A stretch of 64,000 nucleotides of DNA from an uncultured Gammaproteobacteria bacterium (GTDB lineage Bacteria; Patescibacteriota; Microgenomatia; JALYQM01): the NCBI GenBank assembly GCA_964535655.1, contig CAZHTP010000003.1, positions 1,186 to 65,185 of the forward strand, given 5' to 3'. Below, in pieces: positions 27,897 to 36,243 of the stretch. Each line of letters starts with the position of its first letter. Position 1 is the stretch's first letter. The notes beneath the pieces are model-generated. The model saw nothing but the letters and a program-made list of their open reading frames with translations, had not been told where the DNA came from and did not search any database. The position numbers and the translations under genes were made by a program.

Positions 27897-28496
27897 ATGT
27901 CCGCAAATATAATTCCTACAGATTCTCGGTATACTCCCCTCACCCAACAGCGTTGGTGTTGTGTACCGACATGTATCCAAATAGTCATGTTGCGACATTC
28001 GATTCCTCTCGTTTCAGCAGAACTAATCGGTTATCATATGGGATTAGTTGTTCCCAAAGATGAGCTGGTTTATTTCTGGAAAGGTAGAACCGGTGAAATG
28101 CCCCCTGCAGGGTACGGAACTCAGGCAGGTAAAGCGAAATATGGACCCAATGCAGTTTTTAAAAAACTTACTATTCCGCTTAAAATGAATTGGTCTTTAA
28201 TTAATAAATTCCCTACTATAAATTCGTTCTATGAATACTTAAAGAAATGCTCGTCTACCGATGCTGATGTATTAGTTTGCTATGACTGGGGAACTTTGTT
28301 TGATTCTGATTATCATGGAGGTCATGTTTGTGTCCTAGATATAGTGGATATTTCTAAAGGCGAAGTGCGGATTATTGACCCTGAGTATAAAGCATCAAAA
28401 TGGAAAGTTGTCTCAATTAATAAATTATATGAAGCAATGCTTTTTCATGGCAAAGAAAAAAGTGGTGGATTTTGGGAAATTTCGCTAAAAAGTTAA
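27897..28496 (+). CDS. Papain-like cysteine peptidase (C39-like)
   Basis: QQRWCCVPTC, GGHVCVL, IIDP catalytic pattern. Confidence 0.65.
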   Translation: MSANIIPTDSRYTPLTQQRWCCVPTCIQIVMLRHSIPLVSAELIGYHMGLVVPKDELVYFWKGRTGEMPPAGYGTQAGKAKYGPNAVFKKLTIPLKMNWSLINKFPTINSFYEYLKKCSSTDADVLVCYDWGTLFDSDYHGGHVCVLDIVDISKGEVRIIDPEYKASKWKVVSINKLYEAMLFHGKEKSGGFWEISLKS

Positions 28497-28948
28497 TATA
28501 GTCTAGACATTCTCACTCCTTCCAGTATGCCTGATTTGAAGTAGTCTGAATCGTTACTTGGTGTAATTCTCAACCAGTCATATCCACTATGTTCGTCGCT
28601 AATAGTAATCTCTCCACCTCGATATTCAGCCATAAAGAAAACGTAAAATATATGAATATCCTTGCCATAAGGATTTTGTTTAATTGTATTTGGGACGTTG
28701 TGGCGCCCAATAGCGATTGGTGCGGACTGCATGCTGAACTGGATATTACCTAGTTCTTCTTGTACTTCTCGTTTTAATAATTCCTCGTATGGAGTATTAA
28801 ATTCGTCTTCGTTAATACGCCCACCCGGCAGATCATAATATCCGGCATAAGTACCTTGCGGATGCCCTTTAAGAGCAAGTATCTCACCTGCAGTGTTTTT
28901 TAATAGTAGCTTGAGTGAAATTTGATAAAAATCTATAGGAGTTGCCAT
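28493..28948 (-). CDS. NUDIX hydrolase
   Basis: DLPGGRINEDE...LKREVQEELG Nudix box; ISDEH. Confidence 0.88.
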   Translation of the reverse strand: MATPIDFYQISLKLLLKNTAGEILALKGHPQGTYAGYYDLPGGRINEDEFNTPYEELLKREVQEELGNIQFSMQSAPIAIGRHNVPNTIKQNPYGKDIHIFYVFFMAEYRGGEITISDEHSGYDWLRITPSNDSDYFKSGILEGVRMSRLY

Positions 28949-28962
28949 AGTGGATTAACTTG

Positions 28963-29388
28963 TTAGAGTATGTAATGACTAATTTTTTCCATATTATTAT
29001 CTAGGATAATATCTTTAATTTTTTGTGGCCGGATATCAAGATTTCCTATTTCTTCTTTTGTCACTTCAATTAATCCAAACTCTTCAGCAATCTTATCAAT
29101 TTTAGGTGCTAAATAGACAAATGTTATTTCTTGTATGTTAGCTTGGCCGTTATTGTAGAAATTTTCTATTACTGAAATTAATTTAAAAGCTGAAATAGGT
29201 AATCCCGTTTCCTCAAGCATTTCTCTTTTTGCCGCTTCCGTTGAACTTTCATTTAGCTTCATTCTGCCACCAATAAAAAAGTAATAACCGTTCTTATGCT
29301 TCTGAATAAGGAATCCCTTATCTGTTTCCATAATTATAGTTACTCTAATATTTAGCGTGGTGCCGTCTAGCGGTATAGTTAAATCCAT
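28963..29388 (-). CDS. NUDIX hydrolase
   Basis: GGRMKLNESSTEAAKREMLEETG Nudix box. Confidence 0.88.
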   Translation of the reverse strand: MDLTIPLDGTTLNIRVTIIMETDKGFLIQKHKNGYYFFIGGRMKLNESSTEAAKREMLEETGLPISAFKLISVIENFYNNGQANIQEITFVYLAPKIDKIAEEFGLIEVTKEEIGNLDIRPQKIKDIILDNNMEKISHYIL

Positions 29389-29406
29389 GGAGTGATTGTA
29401 TCAAAA

Positions 29407-29757
29407 TTACCTAATTAGAATGTGTTTAAAATATTGTTCCTGGAAATGAACTCCCTTTTCAATATCTTCATCTGAGATATTTGATTGTGAATCTGGCACA
29501 ACTATTAACTTATCATCATTGTCATCAAGCCGGTGAAGTATCGCAATACACGTTCCAGTAAATTCATCTACTGATTCATTAACTCCTAAAACATAGGCAT
29601 CCAGCTCTTCCCCATCCGCAGATTGAGTGTTTTCTATATACCCGTAATTCACCGGATAAATATATCCGTGCTTTGGATGTTTGCTGCCCTGCGGTCTATC
29701 AATTTTTACGGTTACTATTTGGGAGATATATTTTCGGTTGTTATCTAAATCAGACAT
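29407..29757 (-). CDS. Short family I inorganic pyrophosphatase
   Basis: IDRPQGSKHP, YPVNYGYI, DGEELDAY, DDKLIVV motifs. Confidence 0.85.
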   Translation of the reverse strand: MSDLDNNRKYISQIVTVKIDRPQGSKHPKHGYIYPVNYGYIENTQSADGEELDAYVLGVNESVDEFTGTCIAILHRLDDNDDKLIVVPDSQSNISDEDIEKGVHFQEQYFKHILIR

Positions 29758-29900
29758 ACTTTGTCATTTCCTAACTCACGATCTTAAGTAACCTTAAGTA
29801 TTATTTTACCATCCTGTTTAGTCGGACAGAAACTCCGCACTGGCACTAGACCCAAAAACTATGAAAAATTAGGGATGGGGTAGAAAAAATCAGTTTGGAT

Positions 29901-29936
29901 AAAAGAAGTACGAACAAGATCCAGCCACTGACCCCA
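29901..29936 (+). repeat. att-like site ending in a foreign tRNA-His-like 3' end, family 2 copy B
   Basis: CCAGC-CACTGAC-C-CCA followed by an ACCGTT/AACGGT hairpin and T-run (29944-29969). Confidence 0.65.
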
Positions 29937-30281
29937 AGTGGATACCGTTCAAAAACGGTCACTTTTTTTCTTAAAATTGTCTAAAAATTCTCTTATGGGT
30001 AGAGGATTGTTCGAGTGATGTTGTTCCATTTAAGTGTTTAAATTTACCTCGACAATCTGTAAACGGCATGGTTCTTCTTTTAAGAAAATAGCCATTTAAC
30101 CAGAGGTCAGCGTGCTCAAATGTGACAGGTACCTGGTAACTCGCCCACTTCCTGTCATTGCTCCACTATATGGCTCAATAGCCGACGGACTATTGTGGGT
30201 CTCAACTTTTCCGCAGATTGTTTGTCCGTCATAAAATCTAATTACTCCTTAATTATCTACAAATTAGGTTTGAATTTTATT

Positions 30282-30297
30282 TGTGATTTACATCACC
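30282..30297 (+). promoter_or_regulatory. CRP/FNR-type box upstream of the radical SAM pair
   Basis: TGTGA-TTTACA-TCACC with TATAAT at 30319-30324. Confidence 0.5.
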
Positions 30298-30350
30298 TTA
30301 TCTCGATTCAATATTAGATATAATGAGCTATTATATGAACCGCATTTCGT

Positions 30351-31712
30351 ATGTCACAACAAACGGAAGTACCTGCTTTTGTACTACGCACTGAAAATTC
30401 TGGTGACTTACTGTGGAGTCATAGTCGAGACACCTATTTTTTTGTTTCTCAAGCTGCTCACACAACCGCAATAAGACAGGTTGCTCAAGGCGACTTATCG
30501 ATCGAAAATATTGACGACCCTCAGCTTCAAGCTGAACTGATGCAAATAGGATTTGATGGCTCACAAAAAACCCGAATAGTGGATAGCCCGATACCTGGTA
30601 GATTAAGCGCTCCGCTTGAAACATATTTTGATTACACTTGGGCGTGTAACTTACGATGCAGTTATTGTTATAATTTCGATGTTCCGCGGGCGACAACCTT
30701 ACCTTCACAACAAATCCGCCACGTATTTGCAGAGCTTGCACAAAATGGCGTGATGCGAACACACTTGGCTGGTGGAGAACCAATGATTAACCCTCGAGGA
30801 CTTCGTACCTATTTGGAGAGTGCGGCTGAGAATGGACTTCGCGCTTCAGTTAATTCGAATGGTACCTTGTTTACTGACGAAATTGCTGATTTTGTATTCG
30901 GACAAAATTTAGTCTCACTTACTTTTAGTGTTGATGGCCCTTCTTCACAGCTGCATGATCATTGGAGAGGCCCTGGTAGTTTCGATATTACAACGGCTGC
31001 GGTGAGGCGTGCCGTGGCGAAAAAGCAGGCTACTGGTAGCGATACACGAATTCAGATAAAGGCGGTATGGTTCCCTACAACATCTCATGAAGAACTCGCA
31101 GGACTGGTTGCTTTAGGAATTAATCTTGGTGCTGATGTTGTACAGTTTCACAACCCTGAACGGTGTACAAATCATCCGAATGGATACTACTCGAAGCTAG
31201 TACCGGATTATTACGACAAGCTTAGCTATATAACTCAGTTACAAGAGAAGTACGCTGACCGAATCGCTGTCTGGAATGTATGTAATCCACTTGCGACACA
31301 AATGCCAATTGGTATTCCTGGAGGGCATGGGTGTATCGGAGGGCAGGAGTTGATTGCGATTAATCCCGATGGAAGCATGTCTCCCTGCTTAATGCACCAC
31401 GCTAATCTCGGGAATTTATTTACTGATTGGGGTGGTTCTTTTTCTGATTTTTGGAGAAACTCTGAAGTATTGGCAGAATTCCAAGCAAAAGTACAAAGAG
31501 TTGATGCAACATGTATGAATTGCGCAGTGTATAGCGCCTGTCGCGGAGGTAGCAAAACGAGAGTGATCGCTGATAGTGGTAATGCATGGAAAGATGGTGC
31601 TCGAGATCCATTTTGCCCGGCAGATTATGCCCAGAACGCACGGATACCACTAACTCCAGTACCATCTAGCTCCAAAATATTACAAAGAATCTCAGTGGCA
31701 CATTCACTCTAG
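30351..31712 (+). CDS. Radical SAM/SPASM-domain protein with possible N-terminal RRE/PqqD-like extension
   Basis: CNLRCSYC, AGGEP, CIGG..INPDGSMSPC, CMNCAVYSACRGG, DPFC motifs. Confidence 0.88.
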   Translation: MSQQTEVPAFVLRTENSGDLLWSHSRDTYFFVSQAAHTTAIRQVAQGDLSIENIDDPQLQAELMQIGFDGSQKTRIVDSPIPGRLSAPLETYFDYTWACNLRCSYCYNFDVPRATTLPSQQIRHVFAELAQNGVMRTHLAGGEPMINPRGLRTYLESAAENGLRASVNSNGTLFTDEIADFVFGQNLVSLTFSVDGPSSQLHDHWRGPGSFDITTAAVRRAVAKKQATGSDTRIQIKAVWFPTTSHEELAGLVALGINLGADVVQFHNPERCTNHPNGYYSKLVPDYYDKLSYITQLQEKYADRIAVWNVCNPLATQMPIGIPGGHGCIGGQELIAINPDGSMSPCLMHHANLGNLFTDWGGSFSDFWRNSEVLAEFQAKVQRVDATCMNCAVYSACRGGSKTRVIADSGNAWKDGARDPFCPADYAQNARIPLTPVPSSSKILQRISVAHSL

Positions 31713-31724
31713 TTGTAGGTTAAG

Positions 31725-32975
31725 ATGGAACGTATTAACTTAATAAATTTTTATCCTCCCCAGCGTATTGATCGTTATCCGACCCCACTTACACTTGGAG
31801 TTGCTCGGTTAGGAGCATATCTCTCGCATAGACAGCAGGAAGTTCGGATCATTAGCTTACCACTCGGAGAGGCGGCTCCGAACGATGTGCTAATGCGCGG
31901 TGATCCAACAATTGTCGGGTTCACTGTAAATTTCTGGGATAGAACACATGTCTTGCGGACCTTAGAGGAGATAAGAGCAGGTGGCTTCAATGGAGATATC
32001 CTGCTTGGTGGACCCGAGGCAGGTATTTTACGTCTTCAACAGACACCACTCCCGACCCCTGATAAAACGTTTATCGTGCCCTACGACGGTGAGCCAGCCA
32101 TGGATAGTTACCTTGATCGTCGTCATCTACTGCAGCGCAATGAAATGCAAGCTCTTCTTGCTACTCCAGTACGAATGCACGGCCGAGTAGCGCTACCTGT
32201 GGGACTAACGCTTTTTTCTCCCGCATTTCAGGAATTACTCACCTCTGATTTTCAACGAGATTCTTCTTATACCTGGTATGATACCGTGCGAGGATGTCCC
32301 TATACCTGCGGATATTGTGATCACGGCAGGAATAGGCGAAATGTCTCAGCATATCCAGAAGAGCATGTCGAAGAAGAAATCACGAATATAGGACGTAAAT
32401 ACCAAGATGCATTCGTAATAGATCCAATTATAGGAGGTGGAAATCCTCATGCGGCAGTACATCGACTTCGTCAATTTAATTCTTTAGCTCCCAGCACAGC
32501 TCTTGAGTATTATCTTCGACCTGAGATGATAACAGAAGAGGTAGTTGCTGCTGCGAAAGTGACCAATACTCGGAATATTTTCGTTGGATTACAAACACTC
32601 AACCCCGCTGTCCCTCATTGGCTGAGAAAGAATAATCCATCATCATTACCGCGAATTACTGAACTTTGTCAGGGTGCGCCGGTCACGGTTGAGTTAATTG
32701 TTGGTCTACCAGGTGACACACTTGAAGGACTAAAAGTAACACTGCGTCGTGTGGCTGAGGAACTACATCCGCGCCATATCGCTGCATATTCATTAAGTGT
32801 CTTGGATGGAACCCAGCTACGAGAAAACCTTGACGCACATGATTCAGAAATTTGGGTTGAGCGTAATCCAGAAACGCATCGAGCAACAGCATCTTCATCA
32901 TATTCTTCAGCTGATCTTCAAACAATGACTAGGTATGCTGCAGAATTTGTTGCTGAATATAACTTATTTTCTTGA
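31725..32975 (+). CDS. Radical SAM protein with N-terminal cobalamin-binding-like domain
   Basis: LGVARLGAYL, IVGFT, LLGGPEA, RGCPYTCGYC, LIVGLPGDT motifs. Confidence 0.8.
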   Translation: MERINLINFYPPQRIDRYPTPLTLGVARLGAYLSHRQQEVRIISLPLGEAAPNDVLMRGDPTIVGFTVNFWDRTHVLRTLEEIRAGGFNGDILLGGPEAGILRLQQTPLPTPDKTFIVPYDGEPAMDSYLDRRHLLQRNEMQALLATPVRMHGRVALPVGLTLFSPAFQELLTSDFQRDSSYTWYDTVRGCPYTCGYCDHGRNRRNVSAYPEEHVEEEITNIGRKYQDAFVIDPIIGGGNPHAAVHRLRQFNSLAPSTALEYYLRPEMITEEVVAAAKVTNTRNIFVGLQTLNPAVPHWLRKNNPSSLPRITELCQGAPVTVELIVGLPGDTLEGLKVTLRRVAEELHPRHIAAYSLSVLDGTQLRENLDAHDSEIWVERNPETHRATASSSYSSADLQTMTRYAAEFVAEYNLFS

Positions 32976-33792
32976 GATACATTTCGTATAATTCCGAATC
33001 TTCTTGCGTAGCTTCTTGTTGTTTGATTCTTTTATAGAAAAAACTTGCCCCAATCCAAGCACGTGCAAGCATTCCGGTTAAAATGGAGGAGGTGTTTAGT
33101 GGCTCTTGCCAATATCTTTGCAATTGCTGCAGATCAAACTGCTCCTCGGGCAAGTACAAATAGAAACACGACATAAATAAACAAGCAGCTTGGAAATCCG
33201 GTGGTGCGTATATAACGGCTTCGGCATCTACGAAAAATGCCTGGTTATTGTCAATTAAGATATTCCCTCTGTGCAGGTCATAATGTGTCAGTACAAGGTC
33301 TGAGGCGGACAAATACTGGTTCGTGTAAAGATAGTCACCAATTTGCGATAAATACTCATCTTCGATCACTCGTTCCTGACAATTTTTTATCAAATCGTGT
33401 AGCGTTTTACCTGAATGTGGCCTACTATTTTTAGCACTTTTTTTAAACTCTTTTACGACTGTGAAAATGGCTTGTGTCTGCGGATCACTAAGGGTGCCGT
33501 AACAATGCTTTCCTTGAAAGTAGGTCAGTATCTGTATGTATCTATTTTCACTACAACGTATAGTGCCTAATAACCGAGGTAATATATCTGGAGCGATATT
33601 TTTCAAGACATTTTTCTGGTGTTCTATCTCCCCTGAGGTTCGTTGCTTTAAATCTTTTATAACTAGTGTTTTACCAAAAATTGTTACGAAATAAACATCA
33701 GATGCTTTTGCTACTTGAGACTTTTCTATAGCAAAGAACTTTCTCTGCTTGTTAGCGTGCGGTTCTTTTTTGTATCTCATGGTCCAGCCCAT
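32929..33792 (-). CDS. Aminoglycoside phosphotransferase/choline kinase-like phosphotransferase
   Basis: LVIK, HYDLHRGNILI, FVDAE motifs; start uncertain. Confidence 0.78.
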   Translation of the reverse strand: MGWTMRYKKEPHANKQRKFFAIEKSQVAKASDVYFVTIFGKTLVIKDLKQRTSGEIEHQKNVLKNIAPDILPRLLGTIRCSENRYIQILTYFQGKHCYGTLSDPQTQAIFTVVKEFKKSAKNSRPHSGKTLHDLIKNCQERVIEDEYLSQIGDYLYTNQYLSASDLVLTHYDLHRGNILIDNNQAFFVDAEAVIYAPPDFQAACLFMSCFYLYLPEEQFDLQQLQRYWQEPLNTSSILTGMLARAWIGASFFYKRIKQQEATQEDSELYEMYLKKISYIQQQILQHT

Positions 33793-35032
33793 CTATACTA
33801 TCTATTGGTTGAAGGAAGGTCTCAAACGTTCCTGTTCGACTTTTCACTTCAAATGAATTTGTTTCAAGTGTTTTGTTTGATACGATGAGTACTACTGGAC
33901 ATCCAATTAACTCCGCGTCCCTAAACTGTTCTCCTGCGCTGACGGTAGTTCTATCATCGTAGAGCAAGTCACTTTTTAACTGTGTGTATATTTTCTCTGC
34001 TGTTTCATGGGACTTGTCCCCTTTCAGTGCAACGAGGTGATATAGATATGGTGATACTTCTTTTGGCCAACAAAGACCTCTATCGTCCGAGAATTTCTCA
34101 GCAATAATGGCCATCAAGCGACTGGTGCCGATACCATAGCAGCCCATGTAGACGTCTGATAAACTATTTTTATCGTTCATATATTGATAGCCAAAAGATT
34201 TTGAGAATTTGGTATTAAGTGGAAAAATGTTACCTACTTCGCTTGCACTTACAATCTCGAGTTGAGAGAAATCGACACCTAGTTTTTTGGCGTCTTCCTC
34301 AGTAGTAACTTCTTTGTTGTAGGCTATTTTGTTTTTTCTATCCAGATAGATTGTGTCCTCTCCTGTTGAAAGTAACGTCTGGAACTCATGCGAATATTCT
34401 GTCGTGAAGTCTCCTCCAGAGGCATAGGTAATGAAAGTAGATTCACCAATTCCAACATTATTAAAAATATTCATGTAGTGGATTTTCACCTTCTCGTAAA
34501 AGTGGAGTAAATCTTCCTCAGAGACATGGAAACTGTACAGATCTTTCATTCGAAATTCACGACAGCGTAGAAGACCGGACTTAGCTCGAGCTTCGTTTCG
34601 AAATTTAGTTTGGATTTGATACACACATACCGGCAGATCTTTATATGACTGCGCATAGTGCTGTACGAGTGGAGTAACCAGTTCTTCGTGGGTAGAATTC
34701 AAGATATATTCAGTACTGTTTCTCAAGGCTGATTCTTTGTTCGCACCACTAACTTTGAAAAGAACATCAACTTTTTCTAACCGTTTTGTTTTTTCCCAGC
34801 TGCTGGTATTGGATAGTGATGGCATAAGCACTTCAACCCCGATTTTGTTCATTTCTTCGCGAACTACCTGTTCTATTTTATTCAGGACACGCAATCCAAG
34901 CGGAAGGAAGGTATACACTCCGGCAATCTCCTGATAGATGTAGCCTGCTTGCATGAGCAACCGTGCGTTTACTGATTCAATATTTTGGTCTATTGATCGC
35001 TTGGTTTTAACAAAGTTTTCACTGAATTTCAT
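33752..35032 (-). CDS. proS: Proline--tRNA ligase, short form without editing domain
   Basis: LPLGLRV, THEE, YQIQTKFRNEAR, REFRMKDLYSF, SHEF, EVGNIF, MGCYGIG motifs. Confidence 0.9.
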   Translation of the reverse strand: MKFSENFVKTKRSIDQNIESVNARLLMQAGYIYQEIAGVYTFLPLGLRVLNKIEQVVREEMNKIGVEVLMPSLSNTSSWEKTKRLEKVDVLFKVSGANKESALRNSTEYILNSTHEELVTPLVQHYAQSYKDLPVCVYQIQTKFRNEARAKSGLLRCREFRMKDLYSFHVSEEDLLHFYEKVKIHYMNIFNNVGIGESTFITYASGGDFTTEYSHEFQTLLSTGEDTIYLDRKNKIAYNKEVTTEEDAKKLGVDFSQLEIVSASEVGNIFPLNTKFSKSFGYQYMNDKNSLSDVYMGCYGIGTSRLMAIIAEKFSDDRGLCWPKEVSPYLYHLVALKGDKSHETAEKIYTQLKSDLLYDDRTTVSAGEQFRDAELIGCPVVLIVSNKTLETNSFEVKSRTGTFETFLQPIDSIDGLDHEIQKRTAR

Positions 35033-35048
35033 AGTTTGTCTGATCTCC

Positions 35049-35534
35049 TTACAATAAAATTTTTATTATTTGATTCCATCGCATGGCAAAATCACTTTTC
35101 GTTAAAGGACCTTCAAACAGGATGGTCTGAATACTCGTGTTATTTTTTTGTTTAATCAATGTATATAGCTCGACGCTATCGTCAATCATTAATGATAATA
35201 AAGCCTCTTCTGTTATGTTACTTGTTTCGAGGGAACGTGCTGTAATGTATCCCTTAAGATACTCCTGTTCATGTAAAGGATGTAATGACTCTAAACAATT
35301 TTCCATTAGAGGCATATCGCGATAATAATCATCTCTTTTACGAATATGTTCGTAAAAATCTTCGTGAATGCCATAAGAATCATAGGTTTGTGAAATGCTC
35401 TTAGTTATAAGGACTTCTTCATAGGTTGGTACTTTTATAAATCCCTGATCTAGCGCTAGTCGGTTTATAATCGCTACTTTGTGAATAACGTCGTTAAAGA
35501 TGGTCTGATCAAGGTCAAGATATATTGATTTCAT
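35049..35534 (-). CDS. HAD-superfamily 5'(3')-deoxyribonucleotidase-like protein, possibly internally deleted
   Basis: YLDLDQTI, YITAR, MIDDS motifs; ITAR-to-IDD spacing looks short. Confidence 0.6.
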   Translation of the reverse strand: MKSIYLDLDQTIFNDVIHKVAIINRLALDQGFIKVPTYEEVLITKSISQTYDSYGIHEDFYEHIRKRDDYYRDMPLMENCLESLHPLHEQEYLKGYITARSLETSNITEEALLSLMIDDSVELYTLIKQKNNTSIQTILFEGPLTKSDFAMRWNQIIKILL

Positions 35535-36082
35535 TATAACTGCCTTATTTTACACCTTTTTATTCTTCCTGCACACCGTCCAGCGAACTGGATCTCTCTT
35601 ACCCCTTTTGTAGCCGAATTATAGCAAAACTGCTTGTAATACGGTACTCACTACAAGGTTCGAAATTACTAGGAACTAAATTCTACCCTGCGGTTGCTGT
35701 CACTATAAAAGTTCAGGAAATGCTGGTTAAGAAGTTTAAACTTGATAGCGGGTTAATTAAAGTTTTAGTTGATTGGTACCCCGTATAGTGAGAGAAGATT
35801 CTGAGAAAAATAATATAATCTCAGGACAAAGAAAGCGGGGTGACAAAACAAATGCAGAGAAAAATATTCTCAAAAGAGATCAAAGCGGAAATAGATTGTG
35901 AACCAATAATATAGTTAACTGTTTTTTTATCATTGGCTGCTATGTCTTTTATAAACCCTGAAGTTAGATTGAAAAAGGAATTTTTGGAAGAAGCTACACA
36001 ATTTGCACGAGGATTACTTTCACGAAAACATCGGGTAAATCTTGCTCAAAGGGAGCAGCATCTATAGAATGGGTGTCTAGTA

Positions 36083-36226
36083 TCATTTAGAAGGCGCTGG
36101 GCTTGGTGCGGGCACTGGCTCATCATCATAGTTACCATCCTCTTTACCCGGTACATCATCTGGATCTTCAGGTTCGACTTCGGGTAATTCTTCTCCTAAA
36201 TAGATTGTGTATGGTGTTGAAAGCAT
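36083..36226 (-). CDS. Unannotated 47-aa acidic Pro-rich peptide
   Basis: AAAGGAG RBS 5 nt before ATG; MLSTPYTIYLGEELPEVEPEDPDDVPGKEDGNYDDEPVPAPSPAPSK*. Confidence 0.6.
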   Translation of the reverse strand: MLSTPYTIYLGEELPEVEPEDPDDVPGKEDGNYDDEPVPAPSPAPSK

Positions 36227-36243
36227 AAGTACTCCTTTGTGCT

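Noticed and set aside
30331-30783. 150-aa minus-strand ORF and similar shadow ORFs (e.g. 17130-17564, 45957-46391)
   Set aside because: Antisense to well-supported genes and without motifs
35657-35690. Possible fifth att-like site (GGTTCGAAAT...TACCC)
   Set aside because: Only a short core matches and there is no homologous partner in the window
35788-36067. Short plus-strand ORFs (e.g. MSFINPEVRLKK..., 41 aa)
   Set aside because: No RBS or recognisable motif; probably a gene remnant
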